From contig JANOTL010000132.1 in NCBI GenBank assembly GCA_031416315.1, positions 1-64,000 of the forward strand: 64,000 bases of DNA, in the 5' to 3' direction. Positions within the stretch are counted from its first letter, which is position 1; each line of letters begins with the position of its first letter. Made by a program: the position numbers and the translations under genes. The notes beneath the pieces are model-generated. The model had not been told where the DNA came from. It saw only the letters and a program-made list of their open reading frames with translations, and searched no databases. Positions 9,805 through 18,677 of this stretch are shown here, piece after piece. The stretch is from Pseudomonadota bacterium. Lineage in GTDB: Bacteria; Bdellovibrionota_B; Oligoflexia; Oligoflexales; CAIYRB01.

Positions 9805-11793
9805 TTAAGGCGCCGCGAACCGGCGGATTCTCACGATCATCGCACTCGTCTCCTCATCGGTGAGGACTCCCTTCCAAGGCGGCATCTCCGCACTCAACCC
9901 CACCGCAGCACCACCCTCCTGAATCACGCGCATCAGCCGCTCGTCGTCCGCGCCCTTGCTCCACGCCGCATCGGAAAAATCTCGCGGGGTGGTGCCGCCG
10001 GTCGCGGCGACCGGCCTGCCGTTGACTCCGTGGCAGCGCGAGCAGAAAGTCGCATACTTTTCCTCGATCGAAACCTTGCGGTTCACGTCGACCGCAAGCG
10101 CGCCAGCGGTGCCGCGCGGAACTAGGCGCATGATGCGGCCGGTGGCGCCGCCGTCCGCGCCGCCGAGCAGGGTGAGGTAGACCTCGTCATCCACGGGAAA
10201 AAGGCCGGCGATACCAAGTCCCGGGGTCGGCGCAATCGCGATGAGCTCGACGCCGCTCACGGCGCCTCCCTCGTAGCTCAGAGCATAGACCTCGCCCGCT
10301 AGATCGGCGTACAGGTAGCGCCCGACGAGGCTCGGTCGCGCGGCGCCCTCGTAAACGAAGCCGCCGATGACGCAGACCGTCGCGCCCGAGTGCCGGTAGA
10401 AATAGACCGGCTCCTTCGCGCGGCCTTGGAGCGGCGCCGGCGCCGTGCCCTTGAACCGCGAGTCGTTGTTCGGCGCCGGGCCTTCGCGGTAGCTCCAGCC
10501 GAGGTTGTCGCCCTTCTCGACGAGGTCGATCTCCTCGAAATTGTTTTGGCCGACGTCCGCCGTCCACAGCCGGCCCTGCGCATCGAAGGCGAGCCGAAAC
10601 GGATTCCGGAGGCCGATCGCCCAAAACTCGCCGAGCGCGCCGGGCACGTCGACGAAGGGATTGTCGTTCGGGACGAAGTAGCCCTCGGTCCGGCCCTGCG
10701 CCGGCTGCCGCGCCGGCGGTCGGCTCACCGGCTCACCGCGCCGGTCGACGTCGAGTCGGAGGATGCCGGAGAAAAGGCCCCCGTCTAGGCGCTGCGCGTT
10801 GCCGAACGGGTCGTTGTAGCCGCCCTCGTCGCCGACGCCGACGTAGAGAAAGCCGTCCGGGCCGAACGCCATGCCGCCACCGTTGTGCAGCTGGTCGCGA
10901 TCGTCCTGGTCGATCAAGACCGACTCGCTCGCGCGCAGGATTCTCAGCGCTCCGGCCTCCCGTGCCGTCTCGAATCGGCTCAGGCGATTGCTCGAGCCGG
11001 CGCCTTTTTTGGCCGTATACATGACGTAGATGTAGGGCTCGCCGCCGGCGAACCGCGGGTGGAACACGACGTTAGAGAGGCCGCGCTCCTCGCCGAGCTC
11101 GCCGACCTCGACCGAGAGGTCGAGGAGGACCGTCGCCGGCGCTTCTGGGAGCGCGCCGGTCGTCAGGGCTTTGATGCGGCCACCGCGCTCGGCGACCACG
11201 AGCCCCGTCGGATCGCCCGGATCGCGGCGGACGGCGATCGGCTGGTCGAAGGTCTGGTTGAAAACGGGCGCCATCGCCATCGGCAGTGTATCGGCGCCGA
11301 CCCAGACCGCGTTCTTCGCCGCCCGGATCCACTGCGGATAGGCACCCTGAAAGCCGCTCGGATTGGCCACCAAAGCCAGCGTCGCCGAGGCCGCGAGCAA
11401 AACGCCGACATACGGTCGCAAGACGAGCCGGCGCCGGGCCCCGAGCGAGCTCAGCAAAGACAGCGCGCCGTAAACGCCGAAAAAATACACGTAGACCCGC
11501 AAGCTCCGGAACGGCTCGTACAGAAACGGCGCCACCAAATACTTGAACAGGGGCCCGACCGCGATTCCCACGCCGAGGAGGCTCGCGTCGATCTGCGCCT
11601 GGCTCCCGCCCCGCCGCCGCTCGTAAGCGACAGAAGCCAGCAGCGCGAGCGCTTCGACGACGACGAACCAGACGGCGAATGTCACCGTGTCGCTCGCGAA
11701 CGAGAAGACGTTTCCCGTCACGATGTGCAGCTGCAGCGCGGCCACGATCGCGATCGCCGCAAAGATCGACGCCTTGAGCCAGCGCGCGATCAT
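9805..11793 (-). CDS. membrane-anchored PQQ-dependent sugar dehydrogenase (GSDH family) with C-terminal cytochrome c
   Basis: About 5 N-terminal TM helices. GSDH motifs HNGGGMAFGPDG.LY.GVGD, GLRNPFR and DVGQ..FEEID. C-terminal CSRCH...MPPW. ATG overlaps the upstream stop. Confidence 0.88.
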   Translation of the reverse strand: MIARWLKASIFAAIAIVAALQLHIVTGNVFSFASDTVTFAVWFVVVEALALLASVAYERRRGGSQAQIDASLLGVGIAVGPLFKYLVAPFLYEPFRSLRVYVYFFGVYGALSLLSSLGARRRLVLRPYVGVLLAASATLALVANPSGFQGAYPQWIRAAKNAVWVGADTLPMAMAPVFNQTFDQPIAVRRDPGDPTGLVVAERGGRIKALTTGALPEAPATVLLDLSVEVGELGEERGLSNVVFHPRFAGGEPYIYVMYTAKKGAGSSNRLSRFETAREAGALRILRASESVLIDQDDRDQLHNGGGMAFGPDGFLYVGVGDEGGYNDPFGNAQRLDGGLFSGILRLDVDRRGEPVSRPPARQPAQGRTEGYFVPNDNPFVDVPGALGEFWAIGLRNPFRLAFDAQGRLWTADVGQNNFEEIDLVEKGDNLGWSYREGPAPNNDSRFKGTAPAPLQGRAKEPVYFYRHSGATVCVIGGFVYEGAARPSLVGRYLYADLAGEVYALSYEGGAVSGVELIAIAPTPGLGIAGLFPVDDEVYLTLLGGADGGATGRIMRLVPRGTAGALAVDVNRKVSIEEKYATFCSRCHGVNGRPVAATGGTTPRDFSDAAWSKGADDERLMRVIQEGGAAVGLSAEMPPWKGVLTDEETSAMIVRIRRFAAP

Positions 11794-12719
11794 AGCCCCG
11801 CCATGCGCAGCACCCGCCGATGCTCGAAGCGACGCCAAGCGCCCTTGAGCGCGCGCAGCGGCGACAAGCCGACGCCGATCAAACGCAAGAGGTAGGTCCA
11901 CGGCCAAAAGCTGCCGGCCGCGAGCGCGAACCGACGCGCCACGGCGAAATCACGGCGCACGAGGGCGCGCGCCGAAGCGCCGTAGGCGAAAAACCGCAGG
12001 AAATGGCCGCTCGTGGCCGGAAAGTCGGCGCGAACGTGGCGCTCGATGATCGCCATCGTCGCCTCGTCGATCCCTGTGAGCGAGGCAGACATCTGTTGCG
12101 CATGCTGGCGATAGTGGACGTGTAGGTCGTCGAGCGCCGCGAGCCGGCCGTGCTTCGCGCAGCGGATGAAGTATTCGTAGTCCTCGCCTTGCTTCAAGGT
12201 CTCGTCGAAGGGGCCGGCCAAATCGATCAGCGTGCGGCGAAAGGTCACCGTCGACGGCGGCAGCAGGCTATTGCCGAAGAGGATCTCGGGATAGCCGAGC
12301 CCGGCGCGCGCAGGCATCGCCTGGCCGAGCGGAGCGCCCTGCGCATCGACGTAGCGGACGCCGCAGAACACGAGGCCGACCTCTGGGCGAGCCTCGAGGA
12401 AGTCGAACTGCGTGGCAAGCTTCGCCGGCTCCCACACGTCGTCGTCGTCGAGAAAGGCGACGTAGCGATTGGTCAACAGGCGCAGGGCGCAGTTGCGGGC
12501 CGTCGGTAGGCCGCCGTTTGGCTTGCGCACGATCTCCAGCTCGGGATAGCGGGTGGCGAGCGCCTCCGCAGTGCCGTCCGTGCTGCCGTCGTCCACCACC
12601 AGGAAACGCGCCGGCCGTACGGTCTGCGCCAGCACCGAGTCGATGGCTTGAATGACGAAGCCGCGCGTCTTGCCGTTGAAACAGGGGATGACCACGCCGA
12701 CGTCGACGACGCGGGACAT
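11790..12719 (-). CDS. glycosyltransferase family 2
   Basis: VVIPCFN, VVDDGSTDGT, ARN, FLDDDD and EDY motifs. Confidence 0.92.
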   Translation of the reverse strand: MSRVVDVGVVIPCFNGKTRGFVIQAIDSVLAQTVRPARFLVVDDGSTDGTAEALATRYPELEIVRKPNGGLPTARNCALRLLTNRYVAFLDDDDVWEPAKLATQFDFLEARPEVGLVFCGVRYVDAQGAPLGQAMPARAGLGYPEILFGNSLLPPSTVTFRRTLIDLAGPFDETLKQGEDYEYFIRCAKHGRLAALDDLHVHYRQHAQQMSASLTGIDEATMAIIERHVRADFPATSGHFLRFFAYGASARALVRRDFAVARRFALAAGSFWPWTYLLRLIGVGLSPLRALKGAWRRFEHRRVLRMAGL

Positions 12720-13550
12720 TCACCGCCCCCCGAGGCGAAGCGCGGCCTTCGTCATTTTCTTCAGCGCCCGCGTCAGCGCCAGGACCGGAAAGGCGTCGAG
12801 GTCGTGGCTCCGAGACTCCGAAGCGGCGCCGCCAAGTGTAACGCGCCGCAGGTGCTCGATGTCCTGCGCGACGCGCTCGCGCGAAAGCACGGTGCCGCGC
12901 GAGACCGCGTAGAGGTAAGACTCCGGATGAACGGCCGAGAGCGGCACGACCGGTCCGGGCGCAGCGCCGAGCGCCTTCGCGGCGGCCGAATCGCGGCGCG
13001 CGAAGACGAAGCCGTTCTGCCGATACCAGTAGGCGACCTCGCCGTCGTCCCAGAAACGGGGGCGAACGAGGTCGTAGAGCTCGAAGGCGCGCTTCGCGAA
13101 GAGAGCGGACCAAAAGCTCGGCCAGTTCTCGTTCTGATGCCCCGTTCCACCTTGATAGGGGATCGCGGCGGAGAACAGCACGCAGTCGGCGAGCTGGGTC
13201 AGCCGCTCGACGAAGGCGTCGGCGGCCGCGAGCGGCAGATGCTCGGCCACCTCCATGCAGAGGGCGAGGTCGTAGCGTCGGTCGAGACGCCAGGCCGACC
13301 GAAGGTCCGTCGAGCGAAAGCTTTCGGCCGGGATGACCAGGCGCTCTTTGTCGACGTAGGCACCGTCGAGCCCCAGGATCTCCTCGACGCCGAGCTCGCG
13401 GCAGACGCCGAGCCAGGTGCCGACGCCGCAGCCGACGTCGACGACCGCACGCGGCCGCAACGCGGCGAGAAGCGGCGGCAAGACGCGTCTCGCGGACCGC
13501 GCGCTATCCGCGGCTTGCTCTTCGTAAAAGGCCGAGTCGTAGAGGCTCAT
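12720..13550 (-). CDS. class I SAM-dependent methyltransferase
   Basis: VDVGCGVG, DLALCMEVAEH and FSAAIPYQGG.GH.NE, typical of polysaccharide-cluster MTases. Confidence 0.88.
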   Translation of the reverse strand: MSLYDSAFYEEQAADSARSARRVLPPLLAALRPRAVVDVGCGVGTWLGVCRELGVEEILGLDGAYVDKERLVIPAESFRSTDLRSAWRLDRRYDLALCMEVAEHLPLAAADAFVERLTQLADCVLFSAAIPYQGGTGHQNENWPSFWSALFAKRAFELYDLVRPRFWDDGEVAYWYRQNGFVFARRDSAAAKALGAAPGPVVPLSAVHPESYLYAVSRGTVLSRERVAQDIEHLRRVTLGGAASESRSHDLDAFPVLALTRALKKMTKAALRLGGR

Positions 13551-13638
13551 GGAGCCGCCAAGCTACCGTCGGGACCTGGTGAAATCAATGCTAGACATAG
13601 GACTAGATCGCGGTTCACGGAACCGGCAGACTCGGCGC

Positions 13639-14133
13639 ATGTCGAGCGCCCGACGCAAAGCCCTCTGCCTCCTTTTCGCCGCCTTCTGCCTGACGCCGGT
13701 CTTCATGATGCTCCAGCATCGGGAGCGCTGGCCGTTCAGCGACTACCACATGTACTCCAACATCGCGGAACCGCAGTTCGAGTACTGCCTCGTGATCGGC
13801 GAGACGACCGACGGCGCGATCGTCGACCTGACCTTCGGCAAGCATTGGCCGCCGTTCGAGCCAATTCGCCTGACGGTGACTTTGCGACGTTTTCACTTGT
13901 CTGAAGGCGAGGACGCGGCGGACCGCCAGAAGCTCGTCCCCGCGATGGGCTACCTCCGCGATCTCTACGTGCGTCAACGCGACGAACGGACCTGGACGGG
14001 TCCGGCGCTGCGCCGTCTCGGCCTTTGCCACGGGAGGGTCGACCTTGCTGCGCCGGGCCTGGTCGTCGACCGCCTGGCTCCGTGTCGGCCGATCGCCGAC
14101 GCTTGGGTCGATGTCGTGGCCGCAAATCTATGA
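13639..14133 (+). CDS. hypothetical membrane-anchored partner of the HTTM protein
   Basis: Single N-terminal TM followed by WPFSDYHMYS. TGA overlaps the next ATG. Confidence 0.7.
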   Translation: MSSARRKALCLLFAAFCLTPVFMMLQHRERWPFSDYHMYSNIAEPQFEYCLVIGETTDGAIVDLTFGKHWPPFEPIRLTVTLRRFHLSEGEDAADRQKLVPAMGYLRDLYVRQRDERTWTGPALRRLGLCHGRVDLAAPGLVVDRLAPCRPIADAWVDVVAANL

Positions 14134-14990
14134 AACTAATCACGAAATGGCTCTTCGCACCGGGCGCGCCGTGCCGCCTCGGCTGGGCGCGGCTCATCTT
14201 CTTCACCGCTCTCTTCGTGATGCAAATCCGGATCGACGGCGCCGCTTGGGCGGACGTGCCGACGGTCTTCTGGCGTCCGATCCAGTTGTTTACGCGCCAC
14301 TTCGACCCGGCATGGCTCAGCCGCGCATGGCTCGAGCCCTTGCGCATCGCCATGCTCGCGGCGTTGATCTGTGCCGCGATCGGCTTTCGCACGAAGCTCG
14401 CCACGGGCGTCGGGGCCGTCTTGCTGCTGTTTTTCGCCGGCCTGCCGCAGAACTTCGGCAAGGTGAACCACGACGACGCGATCCTTACGTTCGTCGCCTT
14501 CGCGTTCTTCGCCTCGCACTGCGGGCGGGTGCTATCGGTCGATGCGTGGCTAGCGCGCCGGCGCGGCGACGTGAGCATGCAGCTGAGCCCTGAAGAGGCG
14601 GGCTGGCCATTGAGGCTGATCCACATCCTCTGGGCTTTGGTCTTCTTCGCGGCCGGCTTCGCGAAGCTCACGCGCTCGGGCCTGGAATGGGCCTTCTCCG
14701 ACAACATGCGGACGATGCTCCTGCAGCATCATTTCCACCATTTGCCGCCGACTTCCCTCGGCCTCTTGCTGGCGGACGCGCGGAGCCTGGCGCCTTGGGT
14801 CGGTGCGGCATCGATCTTCCTCGAGCTGAGCGCGCCGCTCGCGCTTCTCGGCAGGTCGTGGAGCCTCGTGATCGTCGGCGGGCTCTTCTCGATGCAGCTC
14901 GCCATCTTTCTGACGATGGGGGTGCTGTTCGAGCCCTTCTTCGCGATCTATCTGATGTGGCTACCGTATGGGCGCGCCAAGCTCACTTGA
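14130..14990 (+). CDS. HTTM-domain (SdpB/gamma-carboxylase-like) membrane protein
   Basis: LG..R.I, IGFRTK, LSVDAWL, FFAAGFAKL...W and LEL motifs, multiple TM helices. Confidence 0.75.
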   Translation: MKLITKWLFAPGAPCRLGWARLIFFTALFVMQIRIDGAAWADVPTVFWRPIQLFTRHFDPAWLSRAWLEPLRIAMLAALICAAIGFRTKLATGVGAVLLLFFAGLPQNFGKVNHDDAILTFVAFAFFASHCGRVLSVDAWLARRRGDVSMQLSPEEAGWPLRLIHILWALVFFAAGFAKLTRSGLEWAFSDNMRTMLLQHHFHHLPPTSLGLLLADARSLAPWVGAASIFLELSAPLALLGRSWSLVIVGGLFSMQLAIFLTMGVLFEPFFAIYLMWLPYGRAKLT

Positions 14991-15450
14991 GGCCGATTCT
15001 GCCCGGCACGGAGCCCTCAGAGCCGGGCGTCGACGTCGCCTGGAAGAGCCGGATGGCGCCGTTGGGCATCGTGACGCGCAGGGTCGTCACCCCTTCCGTG
15101 ACGGCGACCATCTCGCCCCGTTCCTCGTCGTAGCGCACGATGCGCGGATCGTCGGAGGCCACCGAGACCGGCTTTTGGGCGTCGAGCCGGCTGGCGAGCG
15201 GAAAGCGGGAGCCGACCGGGATCGCGACCTGGACCGGCACGACGTCCGTGCCGACCCCCGTGTTCGAGCCGCCCGAGGTCGAGGCGGCGGTCGCTGGCGC
15301 GCGCGTCGCCTCGGCAGGTCCGGTGCTGCCGGCGGCTTTGCCCACCGGCGTCGCATCCGGAGCGCGCGCGCCGCGTTCGCGCCAGCCGTCGGTACAGCCG
15401 CAGACGAGGAGCGCGACGATGCCGGCAGCGAAGGGGGAGGCGGTGGACAT
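14983..15450 (-). CDS. hypothetical lipoprotein with Ig-like (Big_2-like) domain
   Basis: Lipobox-like VCG-C, low-complexity linker, S.DP.IV...G...AV.EG.T.L.VT pattern. Confidence 0.6.
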   Translation of the reverse strand: MSTASPFAAGIVALLVCGCTDGWRERGARAPDATPVGKAAGSTGPAEATRAPATAASTSGGSNTGVGTDVVPVQVAIPVGSRFPLASRLDAQKPVSVASDDPRIVRYDEERGEMVAVTEGVTTLRVTMPNGAIRLFQATSTPGSEGSVPGRIGLK

Positions 15451-15459
15451 GGGCGGACC

Positions 15460-15738
15460 TTACGAGCGCATCGTGATGTCGATCAAGTGGAACCCGAACT
15501 GGGTCTTCACGGGACCGTGGACTTTACCGAGCTCGGCGTTGAAGACGACGGTGTCGAATTCTTTCACCATCTGGCCGGGGCGGAAGGTGCCGAGCGCGCC
15601 GCCCTCCTTGCCTGAGGGACAAGTCGAGTGCTTCTTCGCGACCGCGGCGAAGTCGGCGCCGCCGTCGATCTCCTGCTTCAGCTTCAGGCATTCGGCTTCG
15701 GAGGCGACCAGGATGTGTCTTGCTGCGGCTACGGGCAT
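15460..15738 (-). CDS. ppiC: parvulin peptidyl-prolyl isomerase
   Basis: ARHILV, HSTCPSG..GG.LG.F..GQMV.EFD and VKTQFGFHLI motifs. Confidence 0.93.
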   Translation of the reverse strand: MPVAAARHILVASEAECLKLKQEIDGGADFAAVAKKHSTCPSGKEGGALGTFRPGQMVKEFDTVVFNAELGKVHGPVKTQFGFHLIDITMRS

Positions 15739-15778
15739 GGGGGGCGTTCCCTTCATGAAGTTAGTTAGGGGTTGAGGA

Positions 15779-16777
15779 TTAAATATCGACCGTACGGCCG
15801 AAAAGCCAGCTGATTGGCCGCTGCGGCAGTTTTCCGGCCCGGGTCTCGCTCCGTTCGGCGAGCTTCAGATAGCGCGCCGGAAGCTTGCATACGTAGTCTT
15901 GCGCTCGCTTTGCCTCGTCGGTGCGCACGACGCGCTGCTCGACGCTCCAGAGGCGGACGAGGTGGCTCATGATCTTGGCGTAGTCCTGCGTCGTGTAAAT
16001 GCCGTTCCGTTGGGTGATCGCCGAAAACAGGCTGAAGAGCTCAGGGTCCTTGCCGTCGGTCATCGTGCGCGAGGGCATGACGATCGTCTTCCGCAGCATC
16101 GCCTCGAAGGCCACCATGCACCGGTCGACGTCGAGCTCGAAGAGCTTCTCCACGAAGCTTTCGTAGGCCTTTTCATGCTTCGCCTCGTCGCCGGCGACCT
16201 GGTCGCAGATCTTTGCCAGGGCCACGTCCCCGGCCTGGCGCGCGAGGCGGGCGGTGCCAGCGTGGGCGACGCAGGTCGCGCGCTCTTGGAACGAGGTGTA
16301 AATGAAGCCCTGGAAGACGTCGTTCTCCGTCAGCGGATCGAAGCCGTTGCGCAGGAGGTTGTGGATCGTGACCTCGACCGCGCGCAGGTCGACCCTACCG
16401 GTCGCGAAAAGATAGCGGGAGAGGACGTCGCCGTGCCGCTTCTCCTCTGCGACCCAGCCACGGATCCAGCGGGCAAGGCCGCCGGCGCCGACGCCGGTGT
16501 GGTCGTAGTGGCCCTCGAGGTTGCTCAGCCAAGCGTGATAGCTCGGCAACGCCTCCTCGGTGATCATGTTCGCGACGAGGGAGACGAGCACCGCGTCGGG
16601 CACGGCGACGGCGGCGCGCCGAAACTCCTGCAGCTGATCCAACCAATCCTTACCGGTCATGTCGGGGAGCAGGTCGCTCGGCTGCCATGCCTTCTCGACC
16701 GGGGCGAGGTAGTGAAGCTGGCCTTCGACGAATTTGTCGAGTTCCGTGAGCAAGTCACGGCGTGCTACGTCGATCAC
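15779..16777 (-). CDS. acyl-ACP desaturase (ferritin-like diiron)
   Basis: WQPSDLLP, ITEEALPSY, W.AEEKRH, FQERAT and DEAKH diiron motifs. Confidence 0.92.
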   Translation of the reverse strand: MIDVARRDLLTELDKFVEGQLHYLAPVEKAWQPSDLLPDMTGKDWLDQLQEFRRAAVAVPDAVLVSLVANMITEEALPSYHAWLSNLEGHYDHTGVGAGGLARWIRGWVAEEKRHGDVLSRYLFATGRVDLRAVEVTIHNLLRNGFDPLTENDVFQGFIYTSFQERATCVAHAGTARLARQAGDVALAKICDQVAGDEAKHEKAYESFVEKLFELDVDRCMVAFEAMLRKTIVMPSRTMTDGKDPELFSLFSAITQRNGIYTTQDYAKIMSHLVRLWSVEQRVVRTDEAKRAQDYVCKLPARYLKLAERSETRAGKLPQRPISWLFGRTVDI

Positions 16778-16815
16778 CCTGGCCCCCCCCTGCGGAAAGC
16801 GCCAGCCTAACCCCG

Positions 16816-17106
16816 TTACCGCCAGAGCTGCCAGTTATTCAATCCGACGCAGGCCTGGCGCCTCACGACCCCCGGGGACGGACTTTCCAGGCATTCCGGC
16901 TGCGGATTGGGACGGCCGAGGATCAGGTCCAGGTTGCCCCGGATCTGCGTGGCACCGTTCCCGTTCTGGAAGATCATGAACATCTGGCGCGTGCCGTACT
17001 CGGTGCCGTCGTCGATGCATGGCTTGAACATGAGGCGACCGTCTTCCGAGCCAGGCAGGCCTTTCGGGTTGGTCAGACACCCGTTGCGAAGTGTCGTCTC
17101 TGCGAC
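16816..17106 (-). pseudogene. remnant of a ricin-B (beta-trefoil) lectin-domain gene
   Basis: Open frame GCLT...FKPC...RQMF...QIR...ECLE...QAC...WQLW gives two CL/C/QxW-F subdomains with coding-like codon use. It is truncated upstream by TGA at 17107-17109. Confidence 0.55.
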
Positions 17107-17206
17107 TCAACGCGCAACGGGAAGGCGAAGCGGCTCACGACGCCGGCGAGTTCACCGTGCGGAAAGACCAGGGACCCAACTTCTGACGGTCGACCGTCGG
17201 AGCCGC

Positions 17207-17247
17207 AATCAAAAAGCCGGCTTCCCTAGGAAGCCGGCCTTTTGATT
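17207..17247 (-). terminator. intrinsic terminator of the tRNA
   Basis: GCCGGCTTCC-CTA-GGAAGCCGGC stem flanked by A5/T4 tracts. Confidence 0.85.
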
Positions 17248-17251
17248 TTGC

Positions 17252-17327
17252 TGGTGGAGGTAAGGAGAGTCGAACTCCTGACCTTTGCAATGCCATTGCA
17301 ACGCTCTACCAGCTGAGCTATACCCCC
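17252..17327 (-). tRNA. tRNA-Ala(GGC)
   Basis: GGGGGTATAGCTCAGCTGGTAGAGCG-TTGCA-ATGGCAT-TGCAA...GTTCGA...CTCCACCA, 76 nt, G3:U70, encoded CCA. Confidence 0.98.
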
Positions 17328-17349
17328 AGCGCACCAATCAAGAACACGC

Positions 17350-17379
17350 AATATGCTTCGGGCGCCTCCGGGCTGTCAA
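17350..17379 (-). promoter_or_regulatory. sigma70-type promoter of tRNA-Ala
   Basis: TTGACA-N18-CATATT. Confidence 0.6.
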
Positions 17380-17480
17380 CTCGATTTGCTCGATTTCGTC
17401 CGGCGGCTGGACTACTCTGTGATCATTCATTGATTGTGGAGGAGCTCGGCTTGAGCGATCGGGATGGAACGGCAGGAGTG

Positions 17481-18665
17481 GTGAGCGCGCGCGGCAAGCT
17501 TTGGATGCAGCTCGCAGTTCTCTTGGCGGTGCTCGGCTTGGCGGTGAGCGTCTACGCGACACGGCACCACTTGATGCTGAAAGCGCAGGGGGTGACCGAC
17601 GCCGCCTGCAATGTCAACGATGCCCTGAGCTGCGACGCGGTCGCCAATAGCGCTTACTCGGAGATCCAGGGGATCCCCCTCGGCGTCTTCGGCATCGGTT
17701 ACTTCGTGGCCCTCGCGGTCCTCGCGACCATCGTCCTGATCGGCCACCGGACTTGGCGCGAGCACATGCAGGGCTACGTGGCGCTCGTCGGGATCGGAGT
17801 CCTGACCTCGATCGCGCTGTTCGTCATCTCGGTGACGAAGATCAACGTCGCCTGCCCGACCTGCATCGCGATCTATACGCTGACCCTGCTGCAAGGCGGC
17901 CTCTTTTTCGCCTTCCGCAGCGAGCTGCCTGGCAAGCTCGACTTCAAGCAGATCGGCTCTGGCGCCACGACCGCTGCGATCGCCGTCGCGGCCGTCGTCG
18001 CGGTCTTCCAGTTCGCGCGTCCGGCCCTGACGCCGCCGGCGAAAGAGCTCGACGCTCCGGCGAAGCTCGACCCGAACACCCCGGCGCTGGCCGCCAAAGT
18101 CCAGGACATCCCGATCTCGCGCTCGCAGTTCGCGGGTCTGGGCGAGGACTACCGGCGCGGGCCGGACGACGCCAAGGTCGTCATCGTCGAGTTCGCGGAC
18201 TTCCAGTGCCCAGCCTGCGGACAGGTGAAGAGTGTCTTGGACGCGCTCGCCGCCGAGTATCCGGACAAGGTGCAAATCGTCTTTCGCAACTTCCCGCTCG
18301 ACGCGACCTGCAACCGCACGATCAAGGGCAAGTTCCACGACTTCGCCTGCAAGGCCGCGGTCACCGCGCGCTGCGCCGGGCAATACGGCAAGTTCTGGGA
18401 GATGACGAACATCATCTTCGACCGCCAGAAGAGCATCACCGAAGGCAACATCAAGACCTGGGCGAAGGAGGTCGGCCTCACCGACGAGCAGATCAACACC
18501 TGCTGGGAAAGCCAGGACATCCTCGCCAAGATCAAAGACGACGTGGAGCTCGGCGCCAAGCTCGAGATCGACTCGACGCCGACCCTCTTCATCAACGGCC
18601 GTAAAGTCACGGGCGGCCGCAGCCTGCAAGAGCTCCGCGTCGATGTCGAGCAGCTCCTCAACTGA
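17481..18665 (+). CDS. VKOR-DsbA (thioredoxin_4) fusion protein
   Basis: VKOR loop Cys pair (ACNVN..LSC) and CPTC in TM region. DsbA-like VEFADFQCPAC and STPTLFING. Confidence 0.9.
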   Translation: MSARGKLWMQLAVLLAVLGLAVSVYATRHHLMLKAQGVTDAACNVNDALSCDAVANSAYSEIQGIPLGVFGIGYFVALAVLATIVLIGHRTWREHMQGYVALVGIGVLTSIALFVISVTKINVACPTCIAIYTLTLLQGGLFFAFRSELPGKLDFKQIGSGATTAAIAVAAVVAVFQFARPALTPPAKELDAPAKLDPNTPALAAKVQDIPISRSQFAGLGEDYRRGPDDAKVVIVEFADFQCPACGQVKSVLDALAAEYPDKVQIVFRNFPLDATCNRTIKGKFHDFACKAAVTARCAGQYGKFWEMTNIIFDRQKSITEGNIKTWAKEVGLTDEQINTCWESQDILAKIKDDVELGAKLEIDSTPTLFINGRKVTGGRSLQELRVDVEQLLN

Positions 18666-18677
18666 GGCCAGGTTCCG

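Noticed and set aside
16860..16900. RNase P RNA (GGAAAGTCC on the minus strand)
   Set aside because: It lacks the GAGGAAAGUCC context and the 3' conserved region, and is better explained as coding remnant.
17060..17160. Sec codon extending the ricin-like frame
   Set aside because: A second in-frame TGA lies 45 nt upstream, with no start codon between them.
17100..17330. Intact integrative element at tRNA-Ala
   Set aside because: No integrase, and no duplicated tRNA 3' end seen in the window.
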